Positions 1 through 10,049 are shown, numbered from the stretch's first letter. The stretch is 63,273 nucleotides of DNA from Planctomycetota bacterium (GCA_036338595.1 JAYZBV010000111.1:1-63273), one strand, 5' to 3'. The notes: generated from the letters alone by a model not told the origin. A program made the numbers and translations.

Positions 1-132
1 ATCGTACACACCTGCCAAAACCTCGCAACCCCTTACTGCACATGGAGTTCGGAAGGCGTTACCAGAGCGAGACTTGGGCCGAAAAACGGTGCCAGGGGAA
101 CACTGACGAACGCAAGATGGGCTCCTTGGCCC

Positions 133-171
133 AAAAAAAACGAGGCCTCCCCCGGACCTTCCGGGGGAGGC
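133..171 (-). terminator. Rho-independent terminator downstream of the 734-aa gene
   Basis: Perfect 12-bp stem GCCTCCCCCGGA-cct-TCCGGGGGAGGC (145-171) with an A8 run at 133-140, read as a U-tract on the - strand. Confidence 0.8.
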
Positions 172-305
172 ACCTGATTCGGTGCCCCCGAGTACGCACG
201 CGCGGGACCCGCGTATCGCGCGACGCACCACGAAATGGGGAGCACTGTCTCTGGTCTTCAGGAATTCTCGACGACCATGCATCGGCGAGAATCACCGAGG
301 ATCGG

Positions 306-2510
306 CTACAACACGATCCTTCCATTGAGGGTCAGGTCGTCTTTTTTCTTGTCGGTCTCTTTGTTGTCCTTCTTCTTGTCGGACTTCTTCTCAGTTGCTG
401 CTTTCTTCTTGTTGCTGTCTTCCAGCTGACCGTTGGGAAGATCGCGTCCTTGCGGCAGGATATTGGCCTCGTCGGGGATCTCGTCGAAATCGCCGAGGAG
501 TTCGAGTTCCTCGGCATCCACATATTCGAGGCTCTCGAACTGCTCGCGAATGTGATCAGGCATCTCCTCGAGAGACCCTGACCAGATAATCGACGGCTCG
601 TCGGGATCATCGCCTTCGGTCGAACCAAAGATGATGGTCGCTTCTGATTCAATTTCAACTCCGACGGCTTTCTTCTTGTCGGGCTTCTTGTCCTTCTTGT
701 TCTTCTTGTTCTTCTTGGCTGCCGCTTTCTTCTTCCCAGCTTTCGCCTTCTTGTTCTTGCCATCATCCTCGGCGATCTTCTCGATCAGGATGGTCCCACC
801 GTGACCCTCACCTCCACCGAACCGGATCGCTCCACCTTCGAGGTCGCCGATGATCTCCTGGATGGCAGCCGGAATTTCATCGATGTCTCCATTCCACTCG
901 ATAACTTGCTCGTCCTTATTCCCATCATGTTCGATGATGGTGTGGATCTCGATCTCGCCGCTTCCCTCGTGATTTCCGCCGACCTGTTTCAGAATGCGCT
1001 GGATGTCGATGGGCATATCACCATCACTGTGGATCTGGATGTCGAACTGCATCTCGGAGGGACGCCGATTCCGCTGCTGCTTATCGTTGCCATCTTGACG
1101 ATCCATTTCCCACTTGAAGACCCGATCGCCGATCTGTCCGCCGTCCTCATCTCCGAGGAAGTGACGCACCTCGATGTCAGCGGTTGAGCCTCCAACACCC
1201 TCGATATCACCGAGGAGATGCATATCGGGCAACTCTCCGTCGAAATCATCGGCGTGAATCATCATCACCTTGGCGTTACCGGATTCTCCGAACTGGAAAT
1301 CACCGCCATGCTCCAGGTGCAAGTTGACGTCATCGAGATCACCATCGAATCGCATCACGCGTTTGATGATTCGACGCTGACCCTGGCCATCGTCCTTGCC
1401 TGCACAGCGGGGGCATGCATCCCCTTCGCTGCAGCCATTCGGGCACGATTTCTGGACATTCCCGAAAGCAGTCCGATTTCCACCGATGAATGTCGAGCCC
1501 TGGCAGTTGGCACAGATCGGTCCGGCACCCCGGTTCATCGGCATCGAGATATCCTGGTGGCCTTCGACCGACTGGACAAATCCCATCATCTTGCCGCGAT
1601 TCATCATCTGACCGCGGCCCATCATCGCTCCACGGCCCATCGTCCTGCCACGAACCGCCATGCCACCGGCCCCCGTCTGGCCCATCATGGCTGCGCGGCC
1701 CATCCTTTGCTGACCACGACCCATCCTCTGCTGACCACGATCCATCCTCTGCTGACCACGATCCACTGAGCCTCGGCGTTCCCTCATCACCTCAGCACCG
1801 CCTTGCGCGGCACCTCTCACGATGAAGACTCCATGATCCGAATTGCCCGGGACGTCGATACCCATCAGCCGGCCTCCGGGAGCGGATCGATCGAGATCCA
1901 CGATCATTTCAACAGCATGACCTTCGCCCATCTCTTGGGACACCCTTCCTGCCGCACCGCGACCCGGCATCCTCCGCTGGTTGAAACGACCATCACCTTG
2001 CATTCCGTCATGGCAGGCGGTGCAAGACTGACCGCGCGTATTCATTTCTTGAATATGAGCTTCGACCCGACGGCGATCTCCATCTTGTTCGTCATCTCGT
2101 GGATGGAAACTTCGATTACGATCTTCGTCACGGCGATCGTTGTCACGGCGATGTTCTTCACGATCTTGATCATCACCACCACGGTTTGCTCGATTTCTTT
2201 GCTGACGACCACGCTCAGAACGTGCTCGTCCCTCTCTGTTCCCTGCTTCGCCACGATCCCGCCTCTGATGCAATTGTTCCAGTTCCTCCTCGACTCGACC
2301 GATCTCCTGATGGAGTCGTTCCAGTTGCTCGACGAGCCGCTGGACCTGTGGATCGACTTGATCATCGCCGTTCCCTCTGCCTCGACCCTCGTCAGCAGCG
2401 GAGTCGTGTTCCTGAGCGAATGCGGACTGTCCAGGGTGGACATGGATGCATGCTGGAAGCACGAATCCACAAACGAGCAGCAATAAGCCGTAGTAGATGG
2501 GTGATTTCAT
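306..2510 (-). CDS. Exported, largely disordered hypothetical protein with one CxxCH motif and extra Cys pairs (734 aa)
   Basis: Signal peptide MKSPIYYGLLLLVCGFVLPAC...AFAQ; coiled coil VQRLVEQLERLHQEIGRVEEELEQL; CTACH; CANC; CPNGC..CPRC; Met/Gly/Arg-rich and Lys-rich low-complexity tracts; followed by a terminator. Confidence 0.8.
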   Translation of the reverse strand: MKSPIYYGLLLLVCGFVLPACIHVHPGQSAFAQEHDSAADEGRGRGNGDDQVDPQVQRLVEQLERLHQEIGRVEEELEQLHQRRDRGEAGNREGRARSERGRQQRNRANRGGDDQDREEHRRDNDRRDEDRNRSFHPRDDEQDGDRRRVEAHIQEMNTRGQSCTACHDGMQGDGRFNQRRMPGRGAAGRVSQEMGEGHAVEMIVDLDRSAPGGRLMGIDVPGNSDHGVFIVRGAAQGGAEVMRERRGSVDRGQQRMDRGQQRMGRGQQRMGRAAMMGQTGAGGMAVRGRTMGRGAMMGRGQMMNRGKMMGFVQSVEGHQDISMPMNRGAGPICANCQGSTFIGGNRTAFGNVQKSCPNGCSEGDACPRCAGKDDGQGQRRIIKRVMRFDGDLDDVNLHLEHGGDFQFGESGNAKVMMIHADDFDGELPDMHLLGDIEGVGGSTADIEVRHFLGDEDGGQIGDRVFKWEMDRQDGNDKQQRNRRPSEMQFDIQIHSDGDMPIDIQRILKQVGGNHEGSGEIEIHTIIEHDGNKDEQVIEWNGDIDEIPAAIQEIIGDLEGGAIRFGGGEGHGGTILIEKIAEDDGKNKKAKAGKKKAAAKKNKKNKKDKKPDKKKAVGVEIESEATIIFGSTEGDDPDEPSIIWSGSLEEMPDHIREQFESLEYVDAEELELLGDFDEIPDEANILPQGRDLPNGQLEDSNKKKAATEKKSDKKKDNKETDKKKDDLTLNGRIVL
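1700..1762. repeat. 3 x 21-bp in-frame tandem repeat (encodes (D/G)RGQQRM)
   Basis: ccatcctttgctgaccacgac / ccatcctctgctgaccacgat / ccatcctctgctgaccacgat. Confidence 0.9.
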
Positions 2511-2531
2511 GGTGGCGGTTCCCGTTTCTAG

Positions 2532-2816
2532 TTAGAAGCCCTTGAGCTTCGATTTGTTGATCTCGCTCGGCGCCAGAACTCGGGGACTCCCGAGCCTGAC
2601 GATCTCGATCTGATGGTCATTTACATCTGCAGGAGCACCGAAGGCTGCCGCCGTATCGAGAAATAATACCGGAACCCCGGGAACGACGAACAGGGCGAGG
2701 GCTACGCCCAGCGTCACGAGGGCCGGAACTCTCTGTAGAGCAGTTCCGGGGAGGTGTTGGGCTCGGGAGGACCCAGGGCTCCGGTTTTTTTCAGTTCTTG
2801 GTTTCATCAGATCCAC
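2532..2816 (-). CDS. Small hypothetical membrane/secreted protein (94 aa)
   Basis: RBS-like GAGGGG before the GTG start; one hydrophobic segment; lies between a sigma54 motif and the 734-aa gene (21-bp gap). Confidence 0.5.
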   Translation of the reverse strand: MDLMKPRTEKNRSPGSSRAQHLPGTALQRVPALVTLGVALALFVVPGVPVLFLDTAAAFGAPADVNDHQIEIVRLGSPRVLAPSEINKSKLKGF

Positions 2817-2864
2817 TTCCCCTCACCTGATTGCCCGGCAAGGCCAACGGGATACCGTGCATAT

Positions 2865-2880
2865 TGCAAACGACGAGCCA
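2865..2880 (-). promoter_or_regulatory. Putative sigma54 (RpoN) -24/-12 promoter
   Basis: - strand TGGCTCGTCGTTTGCA = GG-N10-GC with TGGC/TTGCA flanks, intergenic, about 50 bp upstream of the 2816 start. Confidence 0.75.
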
Positions 2881-3059
2881 TTTTCCACCCCACCCGACCG
2901 TATTTCCATAAGTACCACAAACCCTGAAGTACTGGTCACTTAGAGGGCTATTTCGGGCCTGAGCCCGGCGCTTGCGTGGGAAACCTGAAGACAGTTCACC
3001 CCGATTGCTCTCTTCGCTACCCCGGATGGGGTCTTGCATCGGGAGAAGCACCCCATCGA

Positions 3060-6000
3060 TCAGGGATCGATCTCGATCTCGAGGAACTCGGTGGTGCCCT
3101 CCTTGACGAAGACCTCGATGGTGGGGGCATTCTTGATATCGGTCGGTAGTCCATCTCCACGCCCAAAATTGGTGACCCTGACGGTGTACTGCCCGCTCGG
3201 CAATCCGGGGAAGGAGAAGAACCCCTTTCGATCCGTCTGCACCCGACCATCGGTACCCTTTTCGCCACCGGAAAGGAGCACCTGGGTTCCTGCCAGATAG
3301 TTGCCATCGAGGTCAGAGATTCGTCCTTCGATGATGCCGCCCGCACCGATGGCGATCACCAGATCGGTGGTACCACTCGCCACACCATCGATGCCCACCG
3401 TGATGTAGGCGCGGTGCTCGACCTTGAGTTCCACCACGGGCACGGCGAGTTCGATGAACTCGAAGTATCCGTCAGCTCCGGTCAACTTCTGATCTCGTCG
3501 ACCACTGCCACCACCCCTGAACGAGGTGTTGAGGAAATTACGATTGCCGCCTACTACCGAGATCTTGGCTCCAGCCACCGGCTGATTGGTCGAGGCGTCG
3601 ATGATGCGTCCCATCACCCGGCCTCCCTGGCCGAGAACCACGGTACCCACATCTACCCACTGATTGGATCGAACCAGCACATTCTCGATCACTTCCTGGG
3701 CAAAGCCTGGCGCACCGATGATCACGTTGTAGGTGCCTGGCTGGAGGCCATCGTAATCAAATCGACCATCATCTCCCTGAAATGTCCTGGCTGGCACACG
3801 GGTGACCTCTCGGTCTCCCTCGATGATCCTTGGCGAGACGCTGAACGCCCTCAGCGGGGCACCGGTCTCATCGATCACCACACCATTGAGGCCACCGAGT
3901 GCCTCCATCTGGACCGTGATGGCGGCGCCATTGACGGCGACCTCGAAGAGGCGGATGTCAGCGAATCCCTTTTTTTCGACGATGAGATCGACCGGGTAGC
4001 GGCCCAGGTCATCGAAACGGAACTGTCCTGTCAGATCGGAAGTACGATTGACCTTTCGCAGTCCTTCGCTGGTGTCGATGGCGATGAGTCTCGCTCCCTC
4101 GATGGGAATTCCGGTCACCGAGGTGACCAACCCCTCGAGTACTGCACCTCTGATCATCTGCAACTCGACATCACCATGATCACGCCCCTCGGCGACGGTG
4201 ACGCCACTCTTCTCGATCATCAGGTATCCAGGTACGGAGCAGATCAGAGTGTGGTCTCCATCGGGCAGACTACGGATGCTCCACTGACCGGCGGCATCGG
4301 AATATCCCTTGTTGGGAAGAGATTCCGGATTCACCTCCGAAAACCAACTATCTCGAACGGCTACCACCGCACCTTCGATGGGAGTGCCGACCTCATCGAT
4401 GACGATGCCGCTGACGGCGCCGCCTACCTTCATCACCAGAACCAACTGGTCCACGGAGCCGCCTGCATTCAGGTCAAAGCGCTCCGACTCACTCGAGAGG
4501 TACTGCGAATGTGACCCCTCGAGAAACAGCGCAGTTCCCGGCGAGACCTCGATCACCTCGAAACTACCATCCGCGTTGCTCACCACAGCCGGCGCCGCGT
4601 TGACCGTCACCGGATTCTGCTCGGAGTGCTGCTTCTTGGCGCTGACGGAAACGCCCTGCAAGGGGCTCCCGTTGGCATCGAGGACAACTCCCCTGACGAC
4701 TCCGTTTCGTTCGAGGAAAAAATCCTGGCTGGTACTTTCTACACCGTCAGTGACTTCAACCTGCACATTCCCTGATCGCATGAATCCCGTTGCTGTCACG
4801 CTCACATAGGCGATCGGACGACGTTGTTCGGTGACACCCCGGACATAATAGCGACCATTTCCATCGGTCACTGCCGACTTCTTCACATCGGCAACATCGT
4901 TGACGGTCACAAGCGCTCCTGTGATCGGAGCGCTCGTCTCTGCGTCGAGGACGCTGCCGCTGATGGCAGCTCCGTCACTCAACTGGATGCTGAGAGAATC
5001 GCTTCCGGGACGGATTCTCAACTCCTGGTAGGTGGCAAAATTTGTAGAACTGACGACCAGACGGTAATCAGTCTCCTCGAGAGTATCAAAAGTGAAGGTT
5101 CCATCTGCATCGGTGAGTATTCCAGAGTCGGTCAGATCGATGGGAGGACCATCGGAACGTGCCCCCATCGGATTCACCTTGCAACGGGCAGCCTCGAGGG
5201 GAGAACCGAGGGGATCGTAGACGGTCCCCTGGATCACGGCCCCGGGTTCCAGGACCACATCGACTCGCTCCGACCCTCCGGACTCGACCATCAGATCGCC
5301 GAATTGGCGCGGTTGGAATCCAGAGGCCCTTGTCACCAGACGATAATTACTCCCTCCTCCGAGTTGATCGAACTCGAAGAAACCGCTTCCATCCGATTGA
5401 GCGGATGCCAGCGGAGGCATGGCACGCTCCTGGATGATCTCGATGATGTCCTGGGTTCCTGTTTCGCGAAAAACCTCGATCAGGGCATCGGCAATCGCCG
5501 TCCCTCCCGGATCCTGGACCGTTCCGGAGAGCACCCCTCCCACCTCCAGCACGAAATCGACCTCGGTGCTGCCTGCGGGCACATAGCGTCTTTCCGCCGG
5601 AGAAAAGCCCCTGGAGACCGTCTGAAGACGATAGGAAAGGTTCTCCAGCCCCGAGATCTGATAGAAACCAGATGAGTCCGAGACCGCCACGATGCCATTT
5701 TCTTCCTGCATCTCCTGCAGTTCGAGCAACACCTGAAGGCGCTTTTGAAGCGGCGCTTCCCGCTCGACGCGCTCCTGGAATGCAGCGATCTGAGCATCCG
5801 CCACCGGTTTGCCGAGAGGATCGAGAATGGTTCCGCTGATCGTCATGCCGGATGTGAGAATCAAGACCACTTCCGGAGCGGACACGCCATCGATCAGAGT
5901 GACCTCGGCTCGATGGCTCTGGTAACCGGTGAGGCTTCCCTGAAAGCGGTACCGACCAGCGATCAGATCATCAAAACGGAAACTGCCGTCATTGGCGACA

Positions 6001-6311
6001 GACTTCTCGGCGACCAGTGAGGCGGAAGAGATGCCGCTTCCACCCTCGAGCCGGTGAACCGTCACCTTGGTGCCAGGAAGTGGGGTTCCAGCATCATCTC
6101 TGACGATGCCAGAAATACTCGACTTCAACACCTCCCGGTCAGGAAGCCGATTATTGGTGCGAATCTCCTCGGTCACCGAGGAGTTGCCTGCTCCATTTCC
6201 CGCGCCCCTATCGGAAGGATCGCCACCATCGTCGCCGAGGAAACTCATCAGGCCGAAGCCAATGGCAACGATGATCAGAGTCAGTACAGCTGCTTTCAGT
6301 GCCGAATTCAT
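3060..6311 (-). CDS. Membrane-anchored protein with 11 carboxypeptidase-regulatory-like (transthyretin/Cna-B-like beta-sandwich) repeats
   Basis: N-terminal TM (AAVLTLIIVAIGFGLM); 11 repeats of xIxGxVxDxxGxP(L/I)xGAxV...GxF/Y; start moved to ATG 6311 (RBS GGAGAAG). Confidence 0.85.
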   Translation of the reverse strand: MNSALKAAVLTLIIVAIGFGLMSFLGDDGGDPSDRGAGNGAGNSSVTEEIRTNNRLPDREVLKSSISGIVRDDAGTPLPGTKVTVHRLEGGSGISSASLVAEKSVANDGSFRFDDLIAGRYRFQGSLTGYQSHRAEVTLIDGVSAPEVVLILTSGMTISGTILDPLGKPVADAQIAAFQERVEREAPLQKRLQVLLELQEMQEENGIVAVSDSSGFYQISGLENLSYRLQTVSRGFSPAERRYVPAGSTEVDFVLEVGGVLSGTVQDPGGTAIADALIEVFRETGTQDIIEIIQERAMPPLASAQSDGSGFFEFDQLGGGSNYRLVTRASGFQPRQFGDLMVESGGSERVDVVLEPGAVIQGTVYDPLGSPLEAARCKVNPMGARSDGPPIDLTDSGILTDADGTFTFDTLEETDYRLVVSSTNFATYQELRIRPGSDSLSIQLSDGAAISGSVLDAETSAPITGALVTVNDVADVKKSAVTDGNGRYYVRGVTEQRRPIAYVSVTATGFMRSGNVQVEVTDGVESTSQDFFLERNGVVRGVVLDANGSPLQGVSVSAKKQHSEQNPVTVNAAPAVVSNADGSFEVIEVSPGTALFLEGSHSQYLSSESERFDLNAGGSVDQLVLVMKVGGAVSGIVIDEVGTPIEGAVVAVRDSWFSEVNPESLPNKGYSDAAGQWSIRSLPDGDHTLICSVPGYLMIEKSGVTVAEGRDHGDVELQMIRGAVLEGLVTSVTGIPIEGARLIAIDTSEGLRKVNRTSDLTGQFRFDDLGRYPVDLIVEKKGFADIRLFEVAVNGAAITVQMEALGGLNGVVIDETGAPLRAFSVSPRIIEGDREVTRVPARTFQGDDGRFDYDGLQPGTYNVIIGAPGFAQEVIENVLVRSNQWVDVGTVVLGQGGRVMGRIIDASTNQPVAGAKISVVGGNRNFLNTSFRGGGSGRRDQKLTGADGYFEFIELAVPVVELKVEHRAYITVGIDGVASGTTDLVIAIGAGGIIEGRISDLDGNYLAGTQVLLSGGEKGTDGRVQTDRKGFFSFPGLPSGQYTVRVTNFGRGDGLPTDIKNAPTIEVFVKEGTTEFLEIEIDP

Positions 6312-6460
6312 CGATCTTCTCCTTCGTCGTGAGGTCCACGCTGGAACCTGCACACACTTCTGATCCCGCACGCGGCCGGGTCGTCTGGATGACCCGGCAT
6401 TCATGCTTATCCGTCTGGCTCGTTCCCGAGCCCCCTGGAGCGGACATTCCGCTACAGAGC

Positions 6461-7912
6461 CTAGGCGATGTGGCCCTCATCCGGGATGATTCCATCCGGT
6501 AGAACCCCGTTACTATCCTTCAATCGGTACTTCTTGATGCGATACTGGAGCGTCTTGTAGGTGATCCCGAGCATCCTGGCTGCCGGTTCCAGTCGTCCAC
6601 TGGCCCTCTCGAGGGCCTGCTCGATCAGGTCCCGCTCCAGGTCCTCGAGCACCAATCCCTCACTGGGGAGCAGAAACTGGCCATTAGCACCATTTCCCGC
6701 CTGAACCCCGGTCGACATGATGGTCGGTGGAAGCAGTTCCTCTCCGAGCATTTCGGAGTCGCCGAGCACCATCATCCGTTCGAGAGAATTCTCCAGTTCC
6801 CGGACATTACCGGGCCATGAATGCCCCTCGAACGCCGCAAGGACCGTCGCTGTCACTCCCTGGAAGTTCTTGCCGTGACGACGACTTCCTCTGGCAAGAA
6901 AGTGGTCGATCAGTAGTGGCAGATCATCCTTGCGATCGCGAAGCGGTGGAATTTCGAGCACGATCACATTGAGTCGGAAGAAGAGGTCCTCGCGGAACTC
7001 ACCGACTTGCACCGCTTCACCGAGGTCACGAGCAGTGGCGGCCACGATCCTGCCACGGAAAGGAATCGTCTGGGCCGAACCCACGCGAGAAAACTCCAGT
7101 TCCTGCACAGCTCGCAATAACTTCGGCTGCAGGTCCAACTGCATCGATCCAATCTCATCCAGGAACAGTGTTCCCGCTGCAACATCTTCGAACCTGCCCG
7201 CCCTGCGCGCTGTTGCGCCGGTGAAGACGCCCTTCTCGTGTCCAAACAACTCGCTCTCGATGAGGTTACCTGGAATGGCTGCGCAGTTGATGGCAACAAA
7301 TGGATCAGATGTGCGTGGGCTCAGTTTGTGGATCGCTCGTGCGACCAGTTCCTTCCCCGTTCCGCTCTCTCCGCGGATCAGGCAGGTGGCATCGGTTCCT
7401 GCGACTCGCTCGATCATGCCGAACATATCCGTCAACTGGGTGTTCTTGCCGATGATGCCGCAGAAACCGCTATCCCCCGAGAGCAACAAGCGTTTGAGAC
7501 TTGCGTTCTCTCTCGCGAGTCGGGATTTGCCCGCAGCAGAGGTGATGGTGATGATGGTTTTCTCGTAATCGAGCGGCTTGGTCAGGAACCCGAATGCCCG
7601 CGCTTTCCCGGAGTCAAAAGCCACATCGTCGGTGGCGTAGGCAGTCACCAGCACCACCTCGCAGAGGGGGTCATCCCGACGCGCCTGCTGCAGTAACTCC
7701 AGCCCCTCCTTGTCGGTGGGCATCCTCAAATCGGTGACCACCACACCGAAGGGATCATCTTCTTCGCGAGCCTGTGCGAGTGCCGTCAGTGCTTCGGGAA
7801 GGCCCGGGACTCCCTGGGCTCGAAAGCCCTCCTTGCAAAGCGAGGAGACGAGGATCTCGCGCTGTGGACGCTCGTCGTCGGCAACCAGGATCCGTACCGA
7901 TGGTTCCTTCAT
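6461..7912 (-). CDS. NtrC/ZraR-family sigma54-dependent response regulator (REC-AAA+-Fis HTH)
   Basis: LVADDE and TDLRMP receiver; GESGTGKE Walker A; ESELFGHEKGVFTGA; LFLDEIG; WPGNVREL; C-terminal HTH AARMLGITYKTLQYR. Confidence 0.95.
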   Translation of the reverse strand: MKEPSVRILVADDERPQREILVSSLCKEGFRAQGVPGLPEALTALAQAREEDDPFGVVVTDLRMPTDKEGLELLQQARRDDPLCEVVLVTAYATDDVAFDSGKARAFGFLTKPLDYEKTIITITSAAGKSRLARENASLKRLLLSGDSGFCGIIGKNTQLTDMFGMIERVAGTDATCLIRGESGTGKELVARAIHKLSPRTSDPFVAINCAAIPGNLIESELFGHEKGVFTGATARRAGRFEDVAAGTLFLDEIGSMQLDLQPKLLRAVQELEFSRVGSAQTIPFRGRIVAATARDLGEAVQVGEFREDLFFRLNVIVLEIPPLRDRKDDLPLLIDHFLARGSRRHGKNFQGVTATVLAAFEGHSWPGNVRELENSLERMMVLGDSEMLGEELLPPTIMSTGVQAGNGANGQFLLPSEGLVLEDLERDLIEQALERASGRLEPAARMLGITYKTLQYRIKKYRLKDSNGVLPDGIIPDEGHIA

Positions 7913-9708
7913 CGCTTCGCTCCTTTCTCGACGGGGAGCAGGAATCGAACCTCTGTACCCACTCCCACCTCCGAATCCAGTTCAAGACGTCCGCCGTGGC
8001 GCTCCGCAACTCGGCGAGCGATGGCGAGCCCGAGGCCGGTTCCGCCCGGCCTCATGGTGACATAGGGGAGCATCACCCGCTCCAGGTCACGATCCTCAAT
8101 TCCCGGTCCATCATCGATGAACGAGATCACGATCCACTGTTCGTCAGAACGTGCAGTCATCCTGAGCGAGCCACCGTCTGCTTCCATCGCCTGCAGGGCA
8201 TTCATGGCAATGTTGAGAAATGCACTCTTGGCCTCGACGCGATTCCAGAGCACTTCGCACATTCCATCCTGGATCTGGACTTCGAGTTCAACCTTACGAA
8301 CTGAAGCTTCCTTTTCGAGCAGTCGCCTCAGGTTCTCGAGCAGTTCTCCTGGATTGATCTGTTCAGGATCGTGAGTGCCGGGCTGTGCCAGTTGCAGGAA
8401 ATCGGTGACCAGGCAATCGAGTCGTTCAATCTCCTCCTTCACATCGCCCGTGAAACTGAGGAACCGTTTGCGGTCTTCGGTCTCGGTAGGGACAAACTCC
8501 CGCCGGATCCGACCAACATGCAATGAGATGGCAATGAGAGGGTTGCGGATGTCATGGGCCACACCCGCGGCAAGGTCTCCCATCGACTGCACTCGTTCGC
8601 GGTGCTCCAGACCCCGCTCGATGCTCCTGGCATCTTCGATACGAAGCACCATGTCGTTGAACTGCCGCGTCACGAGACCAAATTCAGGGTCATTGCGCTC
8701 TCGCAATCGCACCGAGAGTTCTCCCTGAGCGACCTTGCGCATTCCCTCGACCACCTCGGTGACCGGTTGCATCAACCGGGTGCCGAGCACCCAGGCGAGC
8801 ACCAGGCCGACAAGAAACACGGCAATGGTGGCGGTCAGGTCGTAGTAACGTGCCTCGTTGACCAGCTGATGAAACCGATCGAGATGGGGCTTGAGTTCGA
8901 TTCCCCCCAGCATGACATCGTCTGGATCACCATCGGTGAATCCTGATTCCATGACCGACCTTGGATCAAAGAAGAACTGTTCTTGGCCACCGATGTCCGC
9001 ATCGTCGGTCTGGTTTCGATCCATCTCCGGAGCCGCCAGGATCGAATCCACTGCACTGGATTCACCGATTCCCATCGCCAGTTCGGTCTGGACCGCTCTT
9101 ACCTCGCTCGATGGCGTGCGAGTTCTATTTGGCGATGAATACAGAGCCTGCTTGTCCTTTTCTTCTCGCATTCGGCTGCCACCCTCAGTCCTCAAGAGAG
9201 GTGCCGATCGCTTCACTGCCGCTCGCTTCAATATGGCAGCATCGAAGGCAAGATCGGGGTGGTTCTTCTGGATCAGTGCTCTCACCAGATCGTCGGTCCC
9301 CGATCGAAGTAAGTACTTCTCGGTCGGACCAAAGGCATACGCCGACTCCTCCAGGAGGATCACCCGCTTCACATCGGCGATGAACTGATTCGTCTCCTTG
9401 CTGAACTGCAACTGACGAGTACCTGGGCTGAGGGTGTTGGCCTGAAAAGTCACCTGCCAGTTGCTCTTCATCGATGGAACCACCGCAGGGACCATCGCTG
9501 TCGCCCGGATCGTCAACTCCACCGCCTCTGCAGCGATGTCTCCTGCCATCTGCTCGACGGCATCGATCAGGCGTTGGCGCTTGAGCTCCTCGAGGTAGTC
9601 CTGAACCGCCAGTGTTCCCGCCAGCAGACAGGCCAGCAGCAGGGCCAGCTTGACCCTGAGGTTCCAGAGCTGATTCCATCGCTGGGATTTGTAGGAACCT
9701 GGAGACAC
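7909..9708 (-). CDS. Membrane sensor histidine kinase (2 TM, periplasmic domain, HAMP, HisKA, HATPase)
   Basis: H-box GVAHDIRNPL; N-box NIAMNALQAM; DDGPGI; GTGLGL; 4-bp overlap with the response regulator. Confidence 0.93.
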   Translation of the reverse strand: MSPGSYKSQRWNQLWNLRVKLALLLACLLAGTLAVQDYLEELKRQRLIDAVEQMAGDIAAEAVELTIRATAMVPAVVPSMKSNWQVTFQANTLSPGTRQLQFSKETNQFIADVKRVILLEESAYAFGPTEKYLLRSGTDDLVRALIQKNHPDLAFDAAILKRAAVKRSAPLLRTEGGSRMREEKDKQALYSSPNRTRTPSSEVRAVQTELAMGIGESSAVDSILAAPEMDRNQTDDADIGGQEQFFFDPRSVMESGFTDGDPDDVMLGGIELKPHLDRFHQLVNEARYYDLTATIAVFLVGLVLAWVLGTRLMQPVTEVVEGMRKVAQGELSVRLRERNDPEFGLVTRQFNDMVLRIEDARSIERGLEHRERVQSMGDLAAGVAHDIRNPLIAISLHVGRIRREFVPTETEDRKRFLSFTGDVKEEIERLDCLVTDFLQLAQPGTHDPEQINPGELLENLRRLLEKEASVRKVELEVQIQDGMCEVLWNRVEAKSAFLNIAMNALQAMEADGGSLRMTARSDEQWIVISFIDDGPGIEDRDLERVMLPYVTMRPGGTGLGLAIARRVAERHGGRLELDSEVGVGTEVRFLLPVEKGAKR

Positions 9709-10049
9709 GGAGGTATTTCCTTTCGTCGGCGTATCGTGGGGGCCCCGTCGAGCCCCTCATCTACGAGGATGTACGCAAACCTCGTTCCTCCCGGAATCCA
9801 ATCCCCCTCAATCTCCGGGCGCTCTGAGATTTCCTCCGTAACCTGCTTTAAATACACAGGTTAAGGTGCCTATCCAGAACCGGCGAGGAATCCTATTCCG
9901 GTGCCTTCCCCCATATGAGACCCCATTTCGGGTAAAAGTGTAGCGAATTTATGCACAGTTTCCTCATATCAGGGATGCGATCCGTGCTGCCCAAAAGGCC
10001 CTGTCCATGAGAAGATCCCGCTCCCTGCAAGCGATCTGGAGGAACGACC

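Noticed and set aside
1700..1762. Tandem repeats as a possible CRISPR array
   Set aside because: No spacers, in-frame coding 21-mers, no cas genes
3025..3057. GATGGGGT..ACCCCATC inverted repeat after the repeat-protein stop codon
   Set aside because: Long imperfect loop and no U-tract; too weak to call a terminator
3414..5675. Long + strand ORFs (366 aa, 283 aa)
   Set aside because: Antisense to the well-supported repeat protein; typical high-GC shadow frames
9930..9945. GG-N10-GC upstream of the 10050 gene
   Set aside because: Flanks (GGTA..TAGC) fit the sigma54 consensus poorly; likely chance
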